39,689 bases of DNA from an uncultured Dehalococcoidales bacterium (GTDB taxonomy: Bacteria; Chloroflexota; Dehalococcoidia; Dehalococcoidales; BS750m-G39): positions 1-39,689 of the forward strand of contig CAYNFV010000002.1 in the NCBI GenBank assembly GCA_964396645.1. Direction: 5' to 3'. The position numbers were made by a program, and so were the translations under genes. The notes under the pieces are model-generated. The model searched no databases. It saw nothing but the letters and a program-made list of their open reading frames with translations, and was not told where the DNA came from. Below, piece after piece: positions 7,652-14,715 of the stretch (the stretch's first letter is position 1; each line of letters begins with the position of its first letter).

Positions 7652-9532
7652 ATGGTAGAGCCGGTGAGAAAACTACTGGAAAAGAAAGTGGAAAGCCCCG
7701 AGGAGCTGGAAAACCTGCGCCAGTCCATTCTGGCTAAAAGAGACCCCAAGCGCACCTGCATAACCGTCTGCGGCGGCACCGCCTGCCGCGCCTCCGGCGC
7801 TGAAGCGGTGGTCGAGGCCTTTGTTGATGAAATCGAAAGGCGCGAGCTTCAGGTCCAGGTCTCGCTCAAAGAGACCGGCTGCCACGGCTTCTGCGAAAGA
7901 GGCCCCCTGGTCGTCATCGAACCCAAGAAGCTCTTCTACCAGCGGGTCACCCCCGACGATGTCGAGGAGATTATCGACGAAACCATCTTGGCCGGCAGGG
8001 TCGTCGAGCGCCTTTTGTACACCGACCCGACGACCAAAGAGACCGTAACCTATGAGGCTGACGTCCCCTTCTATAAGAAGCAGACCCGGAACGTCTTCGG
8101 CACCAACGGCACCATCGACCCGACCAATATTGAGGATTATATCGCCATCGGCGGCTACGCCGCCCTGAGCAAGGCACTATTCCAGATGACCCCGGAAAAT
8201 ATTGTCGATGAGGTCCAGAAGTCGGGACTGAGGGGACGGGGCGGCGGCGGCTTCCCCACGGGCCGAAAGTGGCAGTCCTGCCACGAGGCTAAGAGCAAGG
8301 TAAAGTACGTTATCTGCAATGCCGACGAGGGCGACCCCGGCGCCTACCAGGACAGAAGCCTGCTCGAAGGCAACCCCCACAGCATTTTAGAAGGCATGAT
8401 AATCGGTGCCCGGGCCATCGGTTCCCACCAGGGCTATATCTATGTGCGCAACGAATACCCCTTAGCCGTCAGGCACGCCCGCATCGCCATTGAGCAGGCC
8501 ATGGACTACGGGCTGCTGGGCCGGAACATCTTAGGCTCCGGATTTGATTTCAACATAACCATAAACAAGGGCGGCGGCGCCTTCGTCTGCGGCGAGTCCA
8601 GTGCCCTCATGGCCTCGCTGGAAGGCAAGGTGGGCGAGCCCAAGGCGAAATACGTCCACATGGCCGAAAAAGGCCTCTGGGAGCGCCCCAGCCTGCTTAA
8701 CAACGTCAAGACCTGGGCTAACGTCCCATTGATAATAAACAAGGGCGCCGACTGGTACGCCCAGCTCGGCACTCAGGGCAGCAAGGGCACCATGATATTC
8801 TCGCTGGTGGGCAATATCGTCAACACCGGCCTGGTCGAGGTGCCCATGGGCATCACCCTCCGCGACATGATTTTTGATATTGGCGGCGGCATTCCTGAGG
8901 GTAAGAAGTTCAAGGCGGTGCAAACGGGCGGGCCATCGGGCGGTTGTATTCCCGAGCAATTTTTGGATACACCTGTTGACTTCGACGAGCTGACCAAGCT
9001 CGGCTCCATGATGGGCTCGGGCGGCATGATTGTCATGGACGAAGACACCTGCATGGTCGATGTCGCCCGCTACTTCATTGAGTTTCTAAAGGGCGAGTCC
9101 TGCGGCAAGTGCACCCCCTGCCGCGAGGGCATCAACCGCATGAGCCAAATCTTAAGCAACATTACCCAAGGCAAGGGTAAGCCCGAAGACCTGGATACTC
9201 TGCAAGACCTGGCTGAGGTCTTGAGCGCCGGCGCCCTCTGCGCGCTGGGCCAGACGGCGGCCAACCCGGTATTGAGCACCATCCGCTACTTTAAGGACGA
9301 ATACCTGACCCATATAAATAATAAAAAATGCCCCGCGGGCGTCTGCCGGGAGCTGGTGCGCTTCTCCATCGACCCCGAAAAGTGCGAAGGCTGCCTCAGG
9401 TGCATCAGGGAATGCCCCACCGGGGCTGTCACCGGCGAGAAAAAACAGCCCCACACCATAAACCAGGATATGTGTATCCGCTGCGGCGCCTGCTACGACG
9501 TCTGCAAGTTCAACGCCGTAATAAAGCGGTAA
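7652..9532 (+). CDS. NuoF/HydB-like FMN- and NAD(H)-binding FeS subunit with an N-terminal [2Fe-2S] domain and C-terminal 2x[4Fe-4S]
   Basis: FMN site GLRGRGGGGFPTGRKW, N3-type cluster motif ESCGKCTPCREG, and C-terminal CEGCLRCIRECP plus CIRCGACYDVC. Confidence 0.9.
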   Translation: MVEPVRKLLEKKVESPEELENLRQSILAKRDPKRTCITVCGGTACRASGAEAVVEAFVDEIERRELQVQVSLKETGCHGFCERGPLVVIEPKKLFYQRVTPDDVEEIIDETILAGRVVERLLYTDPTTKETVTYEADVPFYKKQTRNVFGTNGTIDPTNIEDYIAIGGYAALSKALFQMTPENIVDEVQKSGLRGRGGGGFPTGRKWQSCHEAKSKVKYVICNADEGDPGAYQDRSLLEGNPHSILEGMIIGARAIGSHQGYIYVRNEYPLAVRHARIAIEQAMDYGLLGRNILGSGFDFNITINKGGGAFVCGESSALMASLEGKVGEPKAKYVHMAEKGLWERPSLLNNVKTWANVPLIINKGADWYAQLGTQGSKGTMIFSLVGNIVNTGLVEVPMGITLRDMIFDIGGGIPEGKKFKAVQTGGPSGGCIPEQFLDTPVDFDELTKLGSMMGSGGMIVMDEDTCMVDVARYFIEFLKGESCGKCTPCREGINRMSQILSNITQGKGKPEDLDTLQDLAEVLSAGALCALGQTAANPVLSTIRYFKDEYLTHINNKKCPAGVCRELVRFSIDPEKCEGCLRCIRECPTGAVTGEKKQPHTINQDMCIRCGACYDVCKFNAVIKR

Positions 9533-9544
9533 AAGGAGGTAGTT

Positions 9545-10261
9545 ATGGCTAAGGTATGGATTGACGGTGAAACTTCGATAGAGGTGGAACACGCCGAAGG
9601 CGTCGACATTGTCCACCTCACCGTAGACGATAAAGAGATCGCCGTATCGGCGGGAAAAACAATTCTAGAGGCGGTGGAGCGCATGCACGGCATCGGTAAT
9701 ATACCCGCCCTCTGCCACCACCCCGCCGTTAAGCCCTACGGTGCCTGCCGCATCTGCACCGTCGAGGTCAGCGAGGACGGCGGCAACAGGTTCAAGTTCG
9801 TCGCCGCCTGCCTCTACCCGGTCAAAGAGGGCTTGATAGTCAAGACCCAGACCGAAAAGATAAAGAAGCTGCGCAAGGGCATAATCGAGCTTTTACTAGC
9901 CCGCTGTCCTAACGTCAAGAGGATACAGGAGCTGGCCGAGGAATACGGCGTGGAAAAACCCAGATTTGTCTTAGGCGACCAGGACTGCATCCTCTGCGGC
10001 TTGTGCGTCCGGGCCTGCCAGGAGATAATCGGCAAGTCGGCGATAAGCCTGGTCAACCGCGGCATCTATAAAGAGGTGGCGGCGCCCTTCTACGCTTACG
10101 AGCTTAGCGGCGACTGCATCGGCTGCGGCGACTGCGCCTTCGTCTGCCCCACCGGCGCTATTGAGATGGGCGACGACGGCCGACCCAACCTGCCCAAGGT
10201 CAAGATACCCTACGCCGAAATCGAGGCTATGACGAAGAAGGAATCTATAGCTACCTCCTAG
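9545..10261 (+). CDS. NuoG/HndD N-terminal-like [2Fe-2S] + 2x[4Fe-4S] protein lacking any catalytic (H-cluster or MopB) domain
   Basis: CHHPAVKPYGACRICTVEV, CILCGLCVRACQE and CIGCGDCAFVCPTGAI. The protein is only 238 aa. An AGGAGG RBS is present. Confidence 0.85.
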   Translation: MAKVWIDGETSIEVEHAEGVDIVHLTVDDKEIAVSAGKTILEAVERMHGIGNIPALCHHPAVKPYGACRICTVEVSEDGGNRFKFVAACLYPVKEGLIVKTQTEKIKKLRKGIIELLLARCPNVKRIQELAEEYGVEKPRFVLGDQDCILCGLCVRACQEIIGKSAISLVNRGIYKEVAAPFYAYELSGDCIGCGDCAFVCPTGAIEMGDDGRPNLPKVKIPYAEIEAMTKKESIATS

Positions 10262-10297
10262 AGCCGGAAGCGGCACAGCCCTGCCAGGTTTTTGCCT

Positions 10298-10349
10298 ACA
10301 TCCCTCAAAGACCAAAGCCTCCCTAGTTAGGGAGGCTTCTTGTTTTCAC
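10298..10349 (+). repeat. 52-bp perfect direct repeat, copy 1 (contains a terminator hairpin)
   Basis: ACATCCCTCAAAGACCAAAGCCTCCCTAGTTAGGGAGGCTTCTTGTTTTCAC is identical to 11054-11105. About 17 nt upstream of both copies are also similar (11/17). Confidence 0.95.
10315..10347 (+). terminator. Rho-independent terminator after the NuoG-like gene
   Basis: Perfect 10-bp stem (AAGCCTCCCT / AGGGAGGCTT), 4-nt loop AGTT, then CTTGTTTTC. Confidence 0.7.
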
Positions 10350-10394
10350 TGATGATGTATTTCCCATTCACCAGCCAGAGCTACGAGATGGGGA

Positions 10395-10423
10395 TTGACA
10401 GCCAAGTGCCATAGATATATTAT
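10395..10423 (+). promoter_or_regulatory. Near-consensus sigma70-type promoter of the TerB-like gene
   Basis: TTGACA at 10395-10400, an exact 17-nt spacer, then TATTAT at 10418-10423. GGAAAGGAG RBS and the ATG at 10491 lie downstream. Confidence 0.5.
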
Positions 10424-10490
10424 CAGCAATAGCAGTGAGTGCCAAGATATCTTTAGACTTGCGAATTCAATTCTTGGAAAGGAGTACCCG

Positions 10491-10961
10491 ATGAAAGAAA
10501 AATTTACTCAAGAGGAGTGGGGACTTCTAAAACTTCTACCCTTTCAGGTCTTTATAATGGTGGCTGGTGCCGATGGCCGGATTGACAAGGAGGAGGTTGG
10601 CCAACTACAGAAAGATCTCCGCGACGCTCCGTTTTACAAAGATGCGTTGCACAAGGAACTCTTCATGGACATCTTGTCTTCGGATATCAATGCTCTCATT
10701 CAGGAAGCAGGCAATGCTACTAAGTTACCGGAGCGATTAAGCCAGATGAAGATAATCCTCAAGCAAAAGCTGGCACCTGAGGAATATCAAAGATTTCTGG
10801 GTAGCATGTTTATGAATGGCGTCAAGGTGGCGCGTGCTTCCGGGGGAGGGGTTCTAGGACTAGGAGAGAAGGTCAGCGCTGAAGAAAAGCGCGCCTTGGC
10901 TGTCTTTGCCGCCAACTTTGAGCTTGATTTAGCAAATCTATCCAAGCTCTTCGAGCAGTAG
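10491..10961 (+). CDS. Small soluble protein, TerB/DjlA-N-domain-like (function unknown)
   Basis: 156 aa from the ATG at 10491. The motif VAGADGRIDKEEVGQL resembles the TerB DGxIDxxE signature. The track's TTG start at 10395 coincides with the -35 box. Confidence 0.55.
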   Translation: MKEKFTQEEWGLLKLLPFQVFIMVAGADGRIDKEEVGQLQKDLRDAPFYKDALHKELFMDILSSDINALIQEAGNATKLPERLSQMKIILKQKLAPEEYQRFLGSMFMNGVKVARASGGGVLGLGEKVSAEEKRALAVFAANFELDLANLSKLFEQ

Positions 10962-11000
10962 TAATTTGGATGACCGGTCAATAGAAGCTCGAGGCCGACC

Positions 11001-11042
11001 CTCATAAGCCTTTGGTCGGTGGTTCGAACCCACCCGTTGCCC
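11001..11042 (+). repeat. tRNA-Met(CAU)-like 3'-half, copy C (best preserved; T arm perfectly paired)
   Basis: CTCATAA + GCCTT + TGGTC + GGTGG/TTCGAAC/CCACC + CGTTGCC + C. It has 8/42 mismatches to copy A, including a compensatory pair in the T stem. No 5' half lies upstream. Confidence 0.75.
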
Positions 11043-11053
11043 GTTCTTTGACC

Positions 11054-11105
11054 ACATCCCTCAAAGACCAAAGCCTCCCTAGTTAGGGAGGCTTCTTGTT
11101 TTCAC
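11054..11105 (+). repeat. 52-bp perfect direct repeat, copy 2 (terminator hairpin at 11071-11103)
   Basis: Identical to 10298-10349. It follows tRNA-half copy C after 11 nt. Confidence 0.95.
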
Positions 11106-11124
11106 ATTGACGGTTTGGTGAAGC

Positions 11125-11598
11125 TCACTCTTCATCGTGCCCGGATGCCCGGGTGTACAAAGCTCCGTTGCCGCCGGTAAAAAAGAAAATGGGGCTATCA
11201 ATTCTGTGGATCAGAAGGGGAAGGTGTTTCATACCCCGGGGAACGAAGATAAGGCTGCTTTCCGTGATGATATATTTTTCATCCTCAAGCCAGAACTCGA
11301 TTTCGGCGTTCAAATCGCGCGGGTTTTCCCTGCGGCTGCCCACGAAACCCAGAATTTCATCGAAGTCATGGGTATGGGCTATCTCCATCTGTATGGCTTC
11401 AGAGCCGTGCTTCTCCCAGAGCCAGACACAATCAAAGTAAAAGGAGCCCTTGAGCATACTCTCGTCCAGCGATAGCATGCGGGTGGAATCCACATAATTA
11501 CCGGCCCGCCCCTGCTCCTCCAACCTTCTGAGCACTCCCGCCGGAAGTGTAGAAAAACATTCGGTTATGATGTATTTGGCATACTTCTTTTGGGCCAT
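11125..11598 (-). CDS. Cupin-fold protein of unknown function
   Basis: 157-aa ORF. HTHDFDEI and FVPRGMKH resemble the two cupin metal motifs. A GGAGGAAATG-type RBS is present. Confidence 0.6.
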   Translation of the reverse strand: MAQKKYAKYIITECFSTLPAGVLRRLEEQGRAGNYVDSTRMLSLDESMLKGSFYFDCVWLWEKHGSEAIQMEIAHTHDFDEILGFVGSRRENPRDLNAEIEFWLEDEKYIITESSLIFVPRGMKHLPLLIHRIDSPIFFFTGGNGALYTRASGHDEE

Positions 11599-11738
11599 TT
11601 TTCATTTCCTCCTTCTCACTCTATCGTTTCAGAAAAGCTGGATAATTTCAAGGGCTTTTCACCAGTTTTTAGGCTAATTTAGCCAGAAGACCTCAAGCAA
11701 AATCTGCCGAAGCCAGTTTTTGTGCCTCCCCGCAAAGT

Positions 11739-11767
11739 TTGACAAGGCCAAAAGTTTGATATATCTT
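11739..11767 (+). promoter_or_regulatory. Possible promoter of the GAF kinase operon
   Basis: TTGACA at 11739-11744, a 17-nt spacer, then TATCTT at 11762-11767. Confidence 0.3.
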
Positions 11768-11803
11768 AAGTTACTCTTTGTCCGATTCTGGGAAGGCTTG
11801 GAG

Positions 11804-13054
11804 ATGGAACCTGTAGAAACCGGCAGCTTAGAGAGACAGGATTTGCCCGACGAAGGAGAACGGTACCAGGAACTCCTCGCTTTAAGCCGGGTCTCAGCCG
11901 CCATCAGCGGTCTCTGGGACCTAGACGCTGTCCTCAAGGTAGCCCTGGATAACGTCCTCAAGATCATGAAGGGGACCATCGGCGGCATCCTGCTTCTGGA
12001 CGAGCAAACCCAAACCCTGTCCTACCATATCCATCAGGGCCTGAGCGATGATTACGTCGCCAATATGCGCCTCGCCCCCGGTGAAGGCATCGCCGGCAGA
12101 GTAGCTCAAAGCGGCAAAGCCATCCTGCTGGAGGATATCTCCACCGACTCTCGTGTAGCCCACCCCGAGCTGGTGCGCGCTGAGGGTCTAAAGGCCTTCA
12201 TCTGTGTCCCCATCAGGGCCAAGGATGACGTCCTGGGCGTAATTAACGTGGCCAGCCGCCGGGCACACCGCTTTACCACCAAGGATTTGCATTTGCTCTA
12301 TTCTATCGGCGACCAGCTTGGCGTCGCCATTCAGCAGGCCAAGCTCTACGAACGGCTACGAAAGGCAAGAGAAAGGTACCGCAAGCTCACCCGGCAGCTT
12401 CTGGTCGCCCAGGAAGACGAGCGGAAGAGACTGGCCCGCGAGCTGCACGACGAAACCAGCCAGACGCTTTCCGGGCTCACCCTGCAGCTACAGGCGCTGA
12501 CGGATATGGCCGAGAAGTCCAGCGGTGACACCGAGCTGGTAACCAGACTCAAGAAGGTGCAATCCCTGGCCGTCCATGTACACACCGAGATAAGAAGGTT
12601 AATGACCGACCTGCGCCCCTCGCTATTAGATACCTTAGGGCTGGTCCCCGCCATCCGTCAGCTGGCTGATACCAGGCTCCGCCCCTTAAACATCAACGTA
12701 TCGGTGAAAACTATCGGTAAGGAAAGACGTTTGGATTCGGAGGTCGAAACCGGTCTCTTCCGCGTTGCCCAGGGCTCCATAGGCAACATTATTGAGCATT
12801 CCCAGGCCAAGAACGCCACTATCTCCGTGGACTATCGTGATAACGAACTGGTGCTGCGCATCACTGATGATGGCCAGGGGTTCGATGTTTCCGATATCAC
12901 CGATGTTGAGGAGAGCGGGCGCGGGCGGGGTTTGTTCAGTATGAGAGAGAGAATCATGCTCCTGGGCGGTACCGCCTCTGTTGAATCAAAGATTGGCCAG
13001 GGAACCACGGTCTGGGCCAGCGTGCCAATAGACCACGGTGAGGAACATGGGTAA
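11804..13054 (+). CDS. Cytoplasmic GAF-domain sensor histidine kinase (HisKA_3 type)
   Basis: The GAF region runs from ALSRVSAAISGLWDLDAVL to VINVASRR. The H-box is RELHDETSQTL. DDGQGF and GLFSMRERIMLLGG are present. I prefer the ATG at 11804 because it lies downstream of the putative promoter. Confidence 0.88.
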   Translation: MEPVETGSLERQDLPDEGERYQELLALSRVSAAISGLWDLDAVLKVALDNVLKIMKGTIGGILLLDEQTQTLSYHIHQGLSDDYVANMRLAPGEGIAGRVAQSGKAILLEDISTDSRVAHPELVRAEGLKAFICVPIRAKDDVLGVINVASRRAHRFTTKDLHLLYSIGDQLGVAIQQAKLYERLRKARERYRKLTRQLLVAQEDERKRLARELHDETSQTLSGLTLQLQALTDMAEKSSGDTELVTRLKKVQSLAVHVHTEIRRLMTDLRPSLLDTLGLVPAIRQLADTRLRPLNINVSVKTIGKERRLDSEVETGLFRVAQGSIGNIIEHSQAKNATISVDYRDNELVLRITDDGQGFDVSDITDVEESGRGRGLFSMRERIMLLGGTASVESKIGQGTTVWASVPIDHGEEHG

Positions 13055-13700
13055 GATAAAGGTACTCGTCGTGGACGACCACCCTATCGTGAGGGATGGG
13101 ATTTGTGCTCTACTGGCCGTCGTCGGAGATATGGCAGTAGTCGCCGAGGCGGCTAATGGCAGCGAAGCAATAGATACGGTCAGAGAGCTGCAACCGGATG
13201 TCGTGCTTATGGATATTGCCATGCCCATCATGGGAGGACTGGAAGCCACCCGCCGCATATGCCGCGAATTTCCCAAGATAAAAGTGCTCGTCCTGACCCA
13301 GTATGACGATAAGGAATACGTACTACCCGTTATCGAAGCCGGTGCCGCCGGCTTTATCAGTAAGGCCGCCGCCTCCTCAGAGCTTATTTCTGGCATCCGC
13401 TCTGTTTACCGCGGCGATTCCTATCTTTCTCCACCGGTGGCCAAGCTACTCGTCGAAGGCTACCGCTACAAGGCCGGCAGCAAGGTTGGCCAGGACCCCT
13501 ATGAGCAACTGACCGACCGGGAGCGGGATGTATTAAAACTGATGGCCGAGGGCCACACCAATAAGGAAATAGCCGATATTCTGGTTATCAGCCGCAAGAC
13601 CGTTGAGGGCCATAAGACAAACCTTATGGCCAAGCTCGATATCCACAACCGTACCGAACTGGTCAAATATGCCCTGCGCAAGGGTATCATAACTGTCTGA
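13047..13700 (+). CDS. NarL/FixJ-family response regulator
   Basis: KVLVVDDHPIV, DVVLMDIAMPIMGG and the LuxR HTH LTDRERDVLKLMAEGHTNKEIADILVISRKTVEGHKTNLMAKL. The ATG overlaps the kinase stop (ATGGGTAA). Confidence 0.9.
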   Translation: MGKIKVLVVDDHPIVRDGICALLAVVGDMAVVAEAANGSEAIDTVRELQPDVVLMDIAMPIMGGLEATRRICREFPKIKVLVLTQYDDKEYVLPVIEAGAAGFISKAAASSELISGIRSVYRGDSYLSPPVAKLLVEGYRYKAGSKVGQDPYEQLTDRERDVLKLMAEGHTNKEIADILVISRKTVEGHKTNLMAKLDIHNRTELVKYALRKGIITV

Positions 13701-13902
13701 CAGCATTTTCCCAGCCGCACCCCACCCATCCCCACCCCTTGGGACTGGATAAACAGGGGCAAATTCCGCAAAATTCAGGGGTTTTCATGCTGACCATCAG
13801 GAAAAAGCCCTCTTCCCTTTCCGCAGCCTCTCGTTTATTGTTTAGCCTACCAACCCCTGACCGTGAAATTTGATTTACAGACGGGTGGTGAAGGAGGCTA
13901 AC

Positions 13903-14688
13903 ATGGAACAGAGTCGTAGAATCCTGATTGTGGATGATGACCCCGATTTTACCCAGCCTTTAAAGAAAGCCCTGGAGGATAAATCATACTCGGTAGCTAC
14001 CGCCTCTGAGCGGCGCCAGGCTGAAGATATGGTTCGCTCCCACGAGCCCGAGTTGATTGTACTGGGCGCCATTATGCCCCGCGGCGACGCCTTCCTCTTT
14101 CATCAGTGGCTGAAACAGTCGCTTGGATTCAGCAACCTGCCCATCATAATAGTCAATTCTCCGCCAGAAAAAGACCACATCAAGGGGTGGCGGCGAGAGG
14201 AAGGCATGCAGTGTGATGCCGAGGACTTCCTCTCCCGACCTATTGAGCTGAAGATGCTGGTGCCTCGAATCGAGAAGCTGCTAGACAGGGTAACCAAAAA
14301 GATTAGGGTCTTGGTGGTGGATGACCATGCCGTGGTCAGAGATGGCATTCGGGCGGTACTGGCCCTGCAGCGTGATATGCAGGTGGTGGGCGAAGCCATA
14401 GACGGCAAGGATGCGGTTGAGAAGACGGGCAAGCTGCTACCCGATGTGGTGCTCATGGACATAGTCATGCCCGGGATGAACGGTCTGGAGGCGACCAAGG
14501 AGATATGCAGCCAGTTCCACCAGGCCAAGGTCCTGATGTTGACGCAGTATGATGACGAGGAAAATGTTCTGGCCAGCCAGCAGATAGGCGCCTTCGGCTT
14601 TATTCCCAAAACGGTGGTCAGCTCTCAGCTACTGAACGGAATACGCTCGGTGTATGAAGGCAAGAAATTCATCTGCACCGTTAATTAG
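13903..14688 (+). CDS. Tandem receiver (REC-REC) protein without an output domain; the first REC is degenerate
   Basis: In REC1 the phospho-acceptor position is Gly (LIVLGAIMP; GGC 14065-14067) and the conserved Lys is Arg (FLSRPI). REC2 is canonical NarL-type (DVVLMDIVMPGMNG, IPKT), but the protein ends before any HTH. A GAAGGAGG RBS precedes the ATG at 13903. Confidence 0.8.
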   Translation: MEQSRRILIVDDDPDFTQPLKKALEDKSYSVATASERRQAEDMVRSHEPELIVLGAIMPRGDAFLFHQWLKQSLGFSNLPIIIVNSPPEKDHIKGWRREEGMQCDAEDFLSRPIELKMLVPRIEKLLDRVTKKIRVLVVDDHAVVRDGIRAVLALQRDMQVVGEAIDGKDAVEKTGKLLPDVVLMDIVMPGMNGLEATKEICSQFHQAKVLMLTQYDDEENVLASQQIGAFGFIPKTVVSSQLLNGIRSVYEGKKFICTVN

Positions 14689-14715
14689 ATATAGCGCCAC
14701 TCTAAAAGGAGCCAT

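Noticed and set aside
7140-10261. HydABC-type electron-bifurcating [FeFe]-hydrogenase
   Set aside because: The third subunit ends after its ferredoxin domains. No H-cluster domain is encoded here or nearby.
10395-10490. N-terminal 32-aa extension of the TerB-like ORF (track start at TTG 10395)
   Set aside because: The TTG is part of the TTGACA -35 box of a near-consensus promoter. A strong RBS and an ATG occur at 10491.
10787-11071. 94-aa minus-strand ORF (MVFEGCGQRTGNGWVRTTDQRLMRV...) and its twin at 9971-10315
   Set aside because: Both start inside the 52-bp direct repeat and read through the tRNA fragment or through antisense of real genes. The shared N-terminus is an artefact of the repeat.
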